Source of the DNA: the human T2T-CHM13v2.0 reference genome, Homo sapiens
Reading direction: 5' to 3' (one strand)
Assembly: GCF_009914755.1 (NCBI RefSeq)
Contig: NC_060926.1
DNA: 64,000 nt
The notes below the pieces were generated by a model. The model saw only the letters and a list, made by a program, of their open reading frames with translations, was not told where the DNA came from and did not search any database. Of this stretch, positions 44,228-59,220 are shown in pieces (position 1 is the first letter of the stretch; every line of letters starts with the position of its first letter). Both the position numbers and the translations under genes were made by a program.

Positions 44228-47200
44228 TAAGTATACTATATATACACTATATGTACACTATATATACACTATAGTTTATATATAGTGTATATAAACTATA
44301 GTATATATGCACTATATATACTATAAATACACTATCGTATATATACTATACACTATGTTGTACTATACTATATATACACTATATATACCATATATGGCCT
44401 ATATACTATATATACACTAGTATATACATACTATATACACGCTATATATAGTATATACTACATACACGCTATATATAGTGTATACTACATACACGCTAAA
44501 TATAGTGTATACTACATACACGCTAAATATAGTGTATACTACATACACGCTAAATATAGTGTATACTACATACACGCTATATATAGTGTATACTACATAC
44601 ACGCTATATATAGTGTATACTACATACACGCTATATATAGTGTATACTATATATACGCTATATGCACACATAAACTATATATACAGTATATAATATGCGT
44701 ATACTATATACACAGTATATACTACATGTATACTATATATAGTATATAAGATATATACTATGTATATAATATATATACTAGGTATATATATCCATATATA
44801 TACTATATACTATAGTATATACATATATATGTACGTATATATGTATATGTACATATATATGTAGTATGTATATATATACATATATACACACTATAGTATA
44901 TACATATATATACTATATATACCCTATATAGAGTATATTATATATAGTATACTATATATACTATATATACCCTATATAGAGCATGTCTATGCTATATATG
45001 GCATACTCTATGTATACTATAGAGTATGCTATATATAGTATATAGTATACTCTATGGTATACTATATATACTATAGAGTATACTTTATAGTATATATACC
45101 TATATTATATATATATACATACACTGTATAGTATATATGGTATATATACTATATATGGCATATATAGTTTATATATATACTATATATGGTATATATAGTA
45201 TATATGGCATATATAGTTTATATATATACTATATATGGCATATATAGTTTATATATATACTATATATGGTATATATAGTTTATATATACCATATATGGTA
45301 TATATAGTTTATATAGTACATATAGTATATATACACACTGTATAGTATATATTATGTAGTATATATACTATATATACTGTATATATAGTATAAATACTAT
45401 ATATAGTATACACTATATACTATACACTATATATACTATATACTATATACTATATATAGTATACTATATACTATATAGTATACTCTATTGTACTATAGAG
45501 TATACTATATAGTATATAGTATACTCTATATGTACTATAGAGTATACTATATATACTATACATAAAATATTTTTATATATAGTACAGCGTATACTATATA
45601 CTATATATAGTATACTCTATATGTACTATAGAGTGTAGTATATACTATACAGTATACTCTATATATACTATACAGTACACTATATATACTATATATAGTA
45701 TATTTTATATATAGTACAGTATATACAGTATATATATTATACTATATGTAGTACATATATAGTTTAGTATATATAGTATATATACTATACTATATGTACT
45801 ACATATATAATAGTATATATAGTATATATACTATACTATATGTACTACATATATAGTTTAGTATATATACTAGTATATAGATATATAGTTATATAGATAT
45901 ATACTAGTATATATAGTATATATAGCATATATAGTATATATGCTATATATACTATATAGCATATACTATATATGCTATATATACAGTATATATAGCATAT
46001 ATAGCATATATAATATATATACTTTTGATATACATACTATATACAGTATATATAGTATATATACTGTATAAATATACTATATATACAGTATATGCACACT
46101 ATATGCTATATATACTATATACACTATATACAGTATATATAGTACACTATACTATATAAAGTATATATAGTATACAGTACACTATACTATATACATTATA
46201 TATAGTATATATTATACATAGTATATAGTATATAAATAGTATATATAGTATATACAGTATATATATAGCATACTTTATATAGTATACACAGTATATAGAT
46301 ACTATATATGCTATATATAGTATCTATATACTGTATATTATATATACTAATATAGTATATATGTATATATATACTGTATATATAATATATACATATATAG
46401 TATATATACTATACATACACACTATACATATGTATATATACTATACATACTATATACTATATATCCTATATATAGTATATAGTATATTATATATCCTATA
46501 TATACTATATAGTATATTATATATACTATATATACTATATAGTATATTATATATACTATATATACTATATAGTATATTATATATACTATATATACTATAT
46601 AGTATATTATATATACTATATACCATATATACTATATATACTATATAGTATACTATATATACTATATAGTATACTATATATACTATATAGTATATTATAT
46701 ATACTATATAGTATACTATATATACTATATAGTATATTATATATACTATATACCATATATACTATATATACTATATAGTATATACTATATAGTATACTAT
46801 ATATACTATATAGTATATTATATATACTATATAGTATACTATATATACTATATAGTATATTATATATACTATATACCATATATACTATATATACTATATA
46901 GTATATACTATATAGTATACTATATATACTATATAGTATACTATATATACTATATAGTATACTATATATACTATATAGTATACTATATATACTATATATA
47001 CTATATAGTATACTATATATACTATATATACTATATAGTATACTATATATACTATATATACTATATAGTATACTATATATACTATATATACTATATAGTA
47101 TACTATATATACTATATATACTATATAGTATACTATATATACTATATATACTATATAGTATACTATATATACTATATATACTATATAGTATACTATATAT

Positions 47201-48620
47201 ACTATATATACTATATACCATATATACTATGTATATACTATATATGCTATATATAGTATATATAGTATATATGCTATATATATAGTCTATATATAGCATA
47301 TATACTATATATACTATATATATAGCATATATACTATATATACTATATATAATATATATGGTATATACATAGTATCTATATGTAGTATCTATATATAGTA
47401 CCTATATATACTATATATAGGTACTATATATAGTATATATACTTTATATAGATACTATATATAGTATATATACTTTATATAGTATATATAGTATATGTAG
47501 CATATATAGTATATATAGTATATATAGTATATAGTATGTATAGTATATATGGATTATATTGTATATACAGTATATATACTGTATATACTATATAAATAGT
47601 ACATACAGTTTATACAGTATATATGTACTATATATAGTATATACAGTATATACAGTATATATGTACTATATATAGTATATACAGTATATACAGTATATAT
47701 GTACTATATATAGTATATACAGTATATACAGTATATATGCACTATATGTTATATACAGTATATACAGTATATATGTCCTATATAAATAGAATATACTCTA
47801 TATACAGTATATATGTACTATATAAATATATACACTATGTACAGTATATATGTACTATATAAATAGTATATACACTATATACAGTATATATGTACTATAT
47901 AGTGTATACAGTATATACAGTATATAGGTACTATATATGGTATATACAGTATATAGGTACTATATATGGTATATACAGTATATATGCACTATATGGTATA
48001 TACAGTATATATGCACTATATGGTATATACAGTATATATGCACTATATGGTATATACAGTATATATGCACTATATATGGTATATACAGTATATATGTACT
48101 ATATATGGTATATACAGTATATATGTACTATATATGGTATATACAGTATATATGTACTATATATGGTATATACAGTATATATGTACTATATATGGTATAT
48201 ACAGTTTATACAGTATATATGCAGTATATATGGTATATACAGTATATATGTACTATATATGGTATATACAGTATGTACAGTATACATGTACTATATACAG
48301 TATATACAGTATACATGTACTATATAGTATATACAGTTTATGCAGTTTACATGTACTATATACAGTATTTATAGTATATATAGCACATATATATGCTAGC
48401 ATATATTATACTATCAGAGGCTTGGCAGATATTCCATATATACTGTATATATACATATATATGGAGTATTTATACTGTATATATACTATCTATACTGTAT
48501 ATAGTATATATATATCATAAGTATATATATCAAATATATATATCATATATATGATATATATATCATGTGATATATATATATCAAAACTATATATATCTCA
48601 AAAGTATATATATACTTTTG
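44228..48620. repeat. ~4.4-kb AT-rich compound micro/minisatellite
   Basis: (TA)n interrupted by CTA, TAG and GTA; sub-arrays of 27 bp (~44440-44660), 30 bp (~46470-46620 and ~46960-47200), and 27/29 bp (~47930-48260). Confidence 0.97.
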
Positions 48621-48624
48621 ATAA

Positions 48625-48965
48625 TCTCAACAGTATGGATTATTCTCTAATAATTATGCTAAGTAAAAGTCACCGTACAAAATAAAATACTTACCATATA
48701 ATTGCAGTTACATAAAACTGTAGAAAATGCAAACCCATTGATAGTGAGTGAAAGCTGATTAGTGGTTGCCTAGGTACCTGAGGGTGGGGAAGATGGGAAA
48801 AAGAGGCTACAAACAGAAGTGAGGAAACTTTGTGGAGGATGAAAATGTTCATTATCTTGACTGTGGTAATGGTTTCATGGATATACGCATATGTCAACAG
48901 ATTAAATTATACACTTAAAATTTGTGTCATTTATTTTAGTTTAGTTATATATTGATGAAATTTAG
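48625..48965 (+). mobile_element. Old L1M 3' end
   Basis: ctgtagaaaatgcaaac...ttagtggttgcct...atcttgactgtggtaatggtttcatgg. Confidence 0.75.
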
Positions 48966-51064
48966 TAAAATTAAAGTAAAATGTGCTTTGATTTGTCCAG
49001 AGTCTCCAGAACATTAATTATTTCCAAGGCCAAAATAATTGCAAACACACGGCATGAGACCTTTACTTCAGGCCCTCTTTTCCACTTCTGCATGGACCTG
49101 GTCTTTCTTTCTAAGGAAATAAAAACCTAAATTCTCAGGGAGGACTGGCAGAAAGTTAATAATAAAGCTTTAGGCAAGAAAAGAAGAATCCAAAGCAAAG
49201 CACCTGAATTCAGGCTTCTTGCTCATGGCCAAAGTGTTTCATCTATGCTTCAAACATACTCGAATTTCATTAAGACCAAAATTTGCTCAAGAGTCCCATA
49301 CAAACAAATTATCTGCATGTTTATGAGATGTGGGGACTGCTGTACCCTGAACCCTTAGAAATAGATAAGTGGCCCTGGCCTTCAGTCAATGACTCTGAGA
49401 TGCTTCTTCTCTGTACAGTACCAGATTTCAGAGACTCAGCAAGACTCTCTAGCTCACATGAGGTCAATGGCTCCCAAATATCACAGCTTTATTCTACTTA
49501 AGCCTCATTTCCAACCTCCCAAATTCTAAAGGCCATTTTCATAAAGAGCAGACACAGTGTCAACTCAAGGACAACTATCAATACACAAAGTAAATTTCTC
49601 AACCATATGTACTATTGACTTCTGAAGGAGGAAATCATTGATCTATCTGTGCAGTGAAGGAAAATTTATTTAAAAAAATAATATGTGATAATCAAGTGTG
49701 GTAACCAATGTTGTTGAGGGGGAACAATGGGCTTTCAGAGGCTTTGCAGATATTCCACAAAAAGGGAAAGGAAAATGACAATCGTTCCAGTGAAATACAA
49801 ATAAGATGATAAAATGCAATCCCTTTGTTCATGCAGTTTAATTTCTAAGAAAAATATCTGGAGGGAAAAGCTCCTGTAATTTTAATTTTAATCATGAAGC
49901 AGAGAAATATTCTAAATTTTTTTAAAATGACACCCAACTTAGAATAAATAAAAGAACACATTTCTTAACTTATATTAAAAAAAGAGTTTTGTCCTTCAGA
50001 GTCTGATCTTGCCTCATACATATGAAATTGTTTCTGCCAAGTGATATTTTTTTTCTCTCCCCAAATTGAAGAAAAGATACTGTTCCCCTAAGACATGGTA
50101 ATACAATTTCCTTTTCTTCCATTTTGAGTTATCTGATATTTTAGCATGGAACTTGATTTTTTTTTTACAAGTATTGGGATCAGAGACATAACTCAAACCT
50201 ATTTTATCTACAGTACAAAATATAGTAGCATCATATTTTCTACAGCTACAGCCAACACAACCATAAATACATGAAGAAACATAGAAATCTCTACCATATG
50301 GAAGAGAGTTTCAAATTCATTAATTATGATTTAAGGAAAAACACATATTCTTTGGTGTTAAAAAACCTTGAGTTCAAGCTTATCTTCACCTCCAATAAGA
50401 GATGAACAGTAGAGTGTTAAAAATTTTCACTGAGATTCTAATGTGGTAGATACTAAACACCAAAGTAAATTGTGAAACAGATCACCCAAGTTAGATGACT
50501 CTGAAGCTCCCCCATCTCCAGAGTATTAAAAGGTCAGAAGAAGAGCAGATGGGTGAAGTAGAGAGGAGTGAATTTGCCTGGAGAAGTCTCTGCTGTGGGT
50601 TCCATGCTCCCACATAACGGAAGTGTGGGAGGCACAGGTTTCTCCTCTAAATTCTGATAAGAAGGTCCTCAAAAACATTGATTCATGAGTGTGATAAGTT
50701 ATGTCTGCTCTGCAGCTGAGAGAGAGAATGGGTTTGATCCCAACCAAAAAATAAAAAAATATAATAAAGCAAACAATTCTAGGATTATTTCAGGACACAT
50801 CCAGTGGTGCTGCCAAGGGAAAAGGAAGCCCCTCAGGAAGAAGTAAAGGTGGGCAACTGAATTCTTAGTCAATGCAGACGTCTTTGCAAGCCACCTGCCA
50901 AACTAGACTCAATGACTTGCTGCTGTGAGAAAACTTCAGGAGAGATCTCCAACAACTGGGATTGGAGGGGGTTCAGAAGACTCAAATCCCAGTCTTCAAA
51001 GGACCCAGGAGGGGAAGAGGCAGATGTAAATATCTGCCTGTAGAGAGGGCAAAGCTGTGATTAG

Positions 51065-51356
51065 CCTGTCTGGACATGGAAGGCCACGCCTGTAATCCCA
51101 GGATTTGGAAGGCCAAGTCAGGAGGATCTCTTGAAATCGTGAGTTTAAGATCAGTCTGGGCAACATAGCAAGACCCCATATCTACCCCCACAAAGAAAAA
51201 AAAATTAGCTGGCCATGGTGCTGCATACATGTAGTCCTAGCTACTTGGAAGACCTACATTGGAGGATAGCCTGAGCCCAGGAGTTGGAGGTTACAGTGAG
51301 CTATAGTCGCACCACTCCATTCCAGCCTGGGAGACAGAGAGAGATCATGTTTCTAA
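51065..51356 (+). mobile_element. AluJ
   Basis: ctgggcaacatagcaagacccc and gagcccaggagttggaggttacagtgagctat. Confidence 0.88.
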
Positions 51357-52249
51357 GATATGAGTCAAGGAGGATTGGAACTGCAAGAAAGAATTGCTGT
51401 TTTTTTCTTTCTGGAGGCTCATTTCTCATCTGCCTGAGGCCCTAACTGGGGAGGGGGACGTTGATGATTATATGGGATGGGACATTTCAATTTCTAATCT
51501 GAAACTATGTTTTACAATTTAAAATGATCCTAGGATTTCATATTCTCTAAAAGTAACCAAAACACTTATGAGATGCTTAAATATTCACTTAACAGAGTAG
51601 GGGCACCATTAGCCCTCTTGTGCTGTTTGAAAGAGAGAGTGGACTGCAAAAATTATTTTCTGTTTGCATTTTCTTGTTTAATATATGGGCTACCTACACA
51701 GTGTTAGAAAGTTATTTAGCTTCACTAAACATGTTTTTTCACTATTATTGAGATGCTTAAATAAGATAATATATGTAAATGATTGAATACAATTTAAAAT
51801 ACACTCATCTACCACTCTTGTGAATAGCGCCCTGAAGTCCTTCCCTACAATTGCTAGCTTCCTGTGGCCCTTCACATCCCCTTTCCTTTGACTTCTTCCC
51901 TTCATGCAATTCTTCTTTCTTCCTTCTGAGTCAGAATTGCTGTCACAAAACTCTTGCACTTTTGATTGTGAAAAGTAACAGGAAACAGGAAAGACTACAT
52001 CAAAAACATTAGGTTGACATCAAAGAATTATCTTTAAAAAATGGGAAAAGAAACATCAGAGATATACAAACAATTTATACCAGATAAAAGAATTTGAAAA
52101 GTAAAAACAAAAAATAGGGTCTTTTCTGGAAGAATCGATCAGCTATTCAGCTAGCTATTACCTAGATATTAAAAATGAAAACTTCTAATGGAGCCTCTGA
52201 ATTGTGGAGATAAAAATGAATTTTGTTTATAAGATTATATTTAATAAGG

Positions 52250-53760
52250 CAACGACAGAGGAACTTAAAATAGCTTGTTATCAAATATCACATTAATAGG
52301 TAATGCTAGTGATCAGAGAGTTGAAAGATGTGTAATTCAATAAAGTTTCAGTATTTATTCATAAAAATAAACACCTCAGTAAATAAATTAGTGCTAGTAG
52401 AATCACTCAAAAATAGTGTTTTTAACGGCTGACTACTTATGGCCAACAGTATATTTAGTGATACAATAATAAAGCATGCTTGTAAAACCTAGAAATAAAA
52501 GAAAATGGCTGGGATTATTATTATTATTTCCTATTGGTACAAAAACAATAGTCAATGAAATAAAACATCAAAAAGAAATAATTCAGATACTTTCTTGAAA
52601 ATGATGAAACAAATTTTTGCTCTTAGAAGTAAACAATCCAAGATTATCACCTTATGAATTATTGTAATTAATAATAATCTCTGTTGTGAATTATTTTGAA
52701 TGAACATATCAGTCAGTAATTGTCATATACATGGCAATAACTAATTTGAAGATGTAACAATTCCCAGGATGATTTTTAAATTGGAATACCCTACATAACA
52801 AGGTAATGAGTGGGGTCCAGGGAGGAGGGATATAAATATAGAACACAAGCCAAACAGGGAAAGTTGAATAAATGGAGAATCATACAGTGCTTCTTGAGAA
52901 GAAGAGCAAGGTTGTAATTGTGACAAATCACCAGAAGTTCATTTATATTTTTAAACTAATCTCAATCAAAAATTACAAGAAAAATACTCTCATTCTCACA
53001 TGGAAAATTAAAGAGATTAAAACAGTTCAATAGCAAAAATCATATTTTTAAGCAATGTTGATATCATGGGGCTTGAATTTTTAGTCCAACTTGTAAATGA
53101 TTTTAAAATATGCAGTAAAGCTGTAATCACTTAAAGCATAGAAAAATGATGACACAGAAAAGAGAAAGTAACATGAACTAAAATAGGGCTTTAAACATTT
53201 TCCAAGAATATATATCAAATATAATGTGATATTTTAAATGAAGTATCATAGATTTCAGGAAAGAAGAAAAACTACTTAACAAGAGCTACTGTAATTATTA
53301 AGTCAATTATAAAAATAATAATTTACATTATTTTCACATAATATTCTAAAGCAAATTCCAGAAGATTATAGTTTAAAAATAATAAAATAAGCCACGAAGG
53401 TGAAAACCCAACAGCTTTGATTCAAAATATTTAATAAGTCTATGCTTCAAAAGGTATTACAAACCCACTTAAAAGATAATCAACAAACAGGAAACCTATA
53501 TTTAAAAATATATATGCCAAAAACAAGGTTAATAGCTATATTCTCTAATGAGTTTACAAAATTGAAATTAAATGAAGTGAAGTTCTCAGTAGTTAAAAGA
53601 TAATTCACTAAAGAGAATATATAAATATCTAATAATCATATGCAGACTTTCAACTTAAGTAATCAAAGAAATGCAAATTAAAACAATGGGATATCATCTT
53701 CACCTTTAAAATGAGCAATTATGTTTCTGAAAGACTGATGAAATGCAAATTGTCACATAA
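52250..53760 (+). mobile_element. Very old L1ME-like fragments
   Basis: Scattered ORF2-like motifs, e.g. aatcaaagaaatgcaaattaaaacaatgggatatcat. Confidence 0.45.
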
Positions 53761-54032
53761 TTACCAGTCTGCAGGTTTTTTACTCATTCATCATTTTATT
53801 TATCCATTAAGCAAATAATTGTTCAAAACTAACTATGATTATGGTTCATGGCATTCAATTAATAGCTGTACCTTTCACCTCCAGACTTCCTGATTCTCTT
53901 GGCTCACAATAGGTGTGCCATCTTCTTTTAGATTAATTCCTCTATTTGCCTTCTATTACATTCCTATGCACATGATGTCTTTCTAACAAGCACAGAAGAA
54001 TGTTTCTTGCTTTATTGGAGGATTGAAGAGCT

Positions 54033-54560
54033 TATATTAGTTTCCTATTGCTGCTCCAACCAATTACCATAAACTTGGCGACTTAAAACAACACACGTTT
54101 CATCTTACAGTTGCGGTGGTCAGAAGTCTAAAGAGGATCTCACTGAGCTAGAATCAAGGTGTTTGCAAGGCTGCATTTTTTTCTGGAGGCTCTAAGACAA
54201 AATCCATTTTCTTGCCTTTTCCAGCTCTGGAGGCTGCCCACATTTCTTGGCTCATGGTCCTTTCCTATATTCAAAGTCAATGATGATTGTTTGAGTCTTT
54301 CTCATGACATCGTCTCTCTGCTTTTGATTCTTCTGCTTCCCTCTTCTTCATTTAGGAACCCTTGTGATTTCATTGGGACCACCCAGATAATCTCTTCATT
54401 TTAAGGCCGATAATTAGCAATCTTAGTTCCATCTAAGATCCCATCTTCCTTATCATGTAATACATTTACAGGTTTCAGAGACTAGGATATAACATTTCTG
54501 GCAAGGGTCAGGGGGTGGAAGAACAGGGTGGTGGGCGGGGGGATTACTAAATCTACCACA
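54033..54560 (-). mobile_element. MLT1C/D-like MaLR LTR
   Basis: tattagtttcctattgctgct...cttaaaacaacac...tctaccaca. Confidence 0.85.
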
Positions 54561-54589
54561 GTAGACTGGAAAAAACCATAGATTCTTAG

Positions 54590-54780
54590 TCATATTGTTC
54601 TGGTTTCGGATTTTCACTTTTTCACTTGTGTTCTATATTTGTGACACTGTACAAAATTTATAACTTCTTACACTATGGGTCTTCATTTGTACAATTAGAA
54701 AAACAAACAAGCTATTATAAAGATTAAAGATATCTCTAGTACACAGCAAACATTTAATAAATGGCAGCTATTGTCATTAT
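54590..54780 (+). mobile_element. MIR
   Basis: tgtgacactgtacaaaatttataactt...cttcatttgtacaat...aataaatggcagctatt. Confidence 0.6.
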
Positions 54781-56754
54781 TCAAAAAATTTACCAACATT
54801 TTGGCTTCAACCCAAGTCATACCTCCACAGTGGCCATTAACATACGTCCAATGAGGCCAATATTTCTCCCTGTGGCTTCCATCTGAACATACAGCAAAAC
54901 AATCAAACAGCAATTTCGTGACAACCATTGTGCTTACACCACCAAAATTCATTTCCCAAATACAAATAGTACATTTATTGTAAACTTCAAAACACTCAAA
55001 ATAATAGATATCATTTGGTTCTATTGGTGATTTAAATGTAAAAGGATTTAATTGTGAAACCAGAGAGATTATTAAAGAAATCAATGGAAGTAGAGGAATG
55101 ATTTTACAAGCTTATTGTGAGGGGAGAGGGAATGCTATGTTTATTTCAGGTATGTAAGTAGATAAAGTGGAATATAGAGTGATATTCTGGGAGTTATTTG
55201 TAATCACAGATTAAGTATGTATTTCCTGATCATTATTGCTTATTGATTTGTAGGGATTTGCATATTATTGCTCCCATTATCCATTCTGGGTTAATGGAAA
55301 AATTTTGTACTGAGGGAATATTAATTAATGCTTTACTGGTACTCAGAACTTAGCATTACAGCTATGTTTCATGGTAAAAAAAAAAAAAACAATAAAACCA
55401 ATTACAAAATAAACTATTGACATAATAGAAAATAATTTTGGTGAAAGAGTCACATATCTGGTGAGATGTAAAGCATAATACATCTGATGGCTCTTAATAT
55501 GATTCAAGCAGATAACAAATGACTGTGCCTTGAAATCGTTCTTTCTCAACTCTCTCTGTCAAAATCCTACCTGTTCTTAGCTCAATTTACCCATTATTAG
55601 ATGTTTCTTATTTTATATGTTCATAGCCTTTATCAAACTATATAATAGCACAGTATATAGATTCACCTTTAATTAGATCTTATAAACTTGATTCATGGAG
55701 CTGTGTCTTGATTGTGGGATTATCCACCCCCCAACATGGGAGCTTGCATTATTCCCCAAACATATTTGTACTCAGTAAATTCCAGCTGAATCAAAGTAGA
55801 TCACTGAATCATACAAAGATCAAAGATCTGCAATAACAGAGCTATGAAACCAACATTAAAAAAAAAAAAACATGAGATAACTCAAAAGCCTTGACATTTC
55901 AATTTATTTGGTTTTAGAACATGGCTTTATGAAATGTGTTAGCACTGTAAATCCCCTAATCCTCGAGCAGCCACCTACACTTAGGTGCTCAGGAGGCATA
56001 TCAGATAACACGCCAGGTCCATCAATATACAGTACTATCTAGCCAGGTCTTTGACCTCAAGCCGTGTATGGAGAGGTGGGTGAAAACTTTCCCGGTCTTT
56101 TCTGTGAGGACTGCGTCTGTCCCTCCAGCTTCAACCTGGAGTAGATGTATACTGTAGCTTTCTCAATACATTTGCTGAGCCCCTGAAGATTTCCCTCTAG
56201 GGAAACAGGTTTTCCTCTGGCCAGAGGTCAAACACCCAAGGTTGCACACCTGAAGTGTTAAAGCCCACTTGCATGATCTGGGCAAAGATAAACTTCATAG
56301 TGTCATCATTAAAATAAATACATAAATAAAATAAACAAATAAATAAGAAAAAAGAATCAGAATGCATCTAGGCAGAGCATTCACTTTCACATGGGGCAGG
56401 CATCATGATTCCCCGCTGCGACTGCCCACATTCATGGTATCTCTCTGGCTCTGGATTTGTGTAACTTTTCAATTTCTGATAATTTGAAGAAACGTATCTT
56501 AAATCACCCACCTCAGATGCTCCATGATGGTGCACACATCATCTTCCAAATTTATGGTCTTTTTCTGGGGCAATGTATGTCCGTGTACGTGAGTGTCTAG
56601 ATCCTAGGTCTGCCTCATTGTATCAGGTATTTGCGAACACAGGAGGAGTGATCTTTGACTTAGTTAAAAAAAAAAAAAAAGAGAGAGAGAAAAAAATAAC
56701 TATCCACAGAAGGCTTTCTTAGGCTTTGCTACTACCTTAAAAAATCTCCACCAT

Positions 56755-56828
56755 GCAGAGGCTTCAGTGAGCCAAGACTGTACCACTGCACTCCAGCCTG
56801 GGCAAGAGACTGAGACTCTGTCTCAAAA

Positions 56829-56885
<57 letters not shown>
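56755..56885 (+). mobile_element. 5'-truncated Alu 3' end with A/(TA)n tail
   Basis: gcagaggcttcagtgagccaag...ctctgtctcaaaa; TSD-like ct(c/t)caccatg at 56746-56755 and 56887-56896. Confidence 0.88.
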
Positions 56886-57349
56886 ACTTCACCATGTGTT
56901 AGCAATGCCAGGTTTGTCTTCCAGATCTATGAAATTTCCTCTTCTTTCCCTCAGAGTAGGGGAGGGGACTCTAAAAGTTACTGTCAATATTCAATGGAAT
57001 TCAGATATATATTTCAAACCAAACAACTGCTCTGCAAAGACTCCATCCAGAAATTCTTTAAAGTTTATCAATAGAGTTTTTCTCAGTTCATTTATACTGT
57101 CTTCTGCCCAAGCCTGGGAAGGAGTTAACAGATTTTTTTTTTTAGGGGGATGAGAAATTAGTAATAAGTATCTTGAATTTTTTTTAAATAATGATTTTCT
57201 TTCAAACAAGATTATCCTGAGGGAATGATCACGACAATAGCTACTTAGTGTAGATTATTATGCATTGAATCAGGCACTTTTTGTAAGCCATCTCATTTGG
57301 CCACACACAGAACTACTTGAGGAAAACATCTTTAGCTCCATGTCGAAGA

Positions 57350-57700
57350 TTAATTCAACAAATTCATTCAATTATTTATTGTTTACTATCTGCCTGACAC
57401 TATTCTATGTGCTGAGAGATAACAGATAATGAGACAGACAAAAATCTCTGGGTCAGAAACTTACATTCTAATTGGGTGAGCAAACCACAAATAAATAAGT
57501 AAAATGCATAGTACATTACTTTTTCCAGATGGTGATAATTGTCATGAATTAAAATCAAGCAGAAGAAAAAGATGGTAATGTCAGAGTCAGGGTACGGGTT
57601 TATAATCCTAAACAGGTTTCTTTAGGACCCCATTGAGAAAGTGATACCTTAGCTAAAACCTAGGGGAAATAAAATTATGAACAATAGTGAAATGCTGGAA
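57350..57700 (-). mobile_element. L2 3' end
   Basis: aattcattcaattatttattgtttactatctgcctgacactattcta...gagacagacaaaaatctctg. Confidence 0.65.
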
Positions 57701-57822
57701 TAAAGAACATTACTAACCACTATAAATGATAATAACAATGAGTGATGTAATAATAAGAATGTAATAGATTTCTTACAGAACCCAAGATTATGTTAATCTA
57801 GAGCTTGCTCTCTGAACCACTG

Positions 57823-58207
<385 letters not shown>

Positions 58208-58396
58208 TAATAGCAGTGTGCATAATTCTCTGGTAATTAATAATTAAAATTAAACAAAGTCATGAATTTTAAAGAATTACGGAACTTACTACAGTGTTAG
58301 TGGTTGTTCTGAATGCACATTAGTAATCTGTAATTCACAGACTTAGATTTTCGACTCCAGTACTTAACGCCATGACGAAAGTTTCCATTTTGATTT

Positions 58397-58497
58397 TTTT
58401 TTAATACTTTAAGTTCTAGGATACATGTGCAGAATGTGCAGGTTTGTTACATAAGTATACATGCGCCATGGTGGTTTGCCGCACCCATCAACCCGTC
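58397..58497 (-). mobile_element. ~100-bp 5'-truncated L1PA7/8-like 3' end
   Basis: tactttaagttctaggatacatgtgcagaatgtgcaggtttg...gcacccatcaacccgtc; TSD cattttgattt/tgttttgattt. Confidence 0.85.
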
Positions 58498-59220
58498 TGT
58501 TTTGATTTCTAACCAGACAGATGTGTCTGCATTTTACCTAATGGACCAGCAGGTAGAAGTCAGAGTTTAAAATTATGATGAGGATTGCACAGACGCTGTT
58601 CTTTTGATGTTTCAAATGTGCTTTCTATGTAGCCCCATCTGCATTTACCAAAAAAGAGATACAAATCCATTTAAATTGTATATAAATTCTCTAACAACAA
58701 AATTACAGGATATCAGTTCTCTCATGTTATAGTGACTTTTATAACTGTCTTCAAGACATTATGCTTTGCCGTTTGCGTATAACAAAATTAAAGTTTCCAA
58801 AAGTATTAAAGTCTTTTCTACCCCTTGATCATTTTCAGGGCTATGAAATCTCCAGTATCGGTTACTCTTAAGTTAACATAAGCAACCTACCATCAGTCAC
58901 TAAACCTTTAGTAGGTCATGTAAGAGGAAAATGGGAAACTCAACATTTATTGAGCCCATATTTTAAGACAAGCCTTTTTTTTTTTTTTTACTTTATTCTA
59001 ATATTTCATCGATATGGAGAATCCTTCATAACTATGAGACCAAAAAGACGTCCGAGCTGTGTATTATTTTCTCTCATTCATTACTTAGAAAACTGAGGTT
59101 CAGAAAAAATTAAGTCACTTGTATAAATTCGCAGAGTAATTATTATATAGCTGAGAACCCTGCTTGGGATTTCAGAAAATGTCCAGAGTTGCTCAGCCAG
59201 TAAGTGACAGATCTACACAG

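Noticed and set aside
44417-48520. Long Tyr/Ile-rich ORFs (up to 227 aa)
   Set aside because: These are translations of the AT-rich repeat.
55960-56350. Possible processed pseudogene before an A-rich tract
   Set aside because: No recognisable protein in the frames I translated and no clear TSD.
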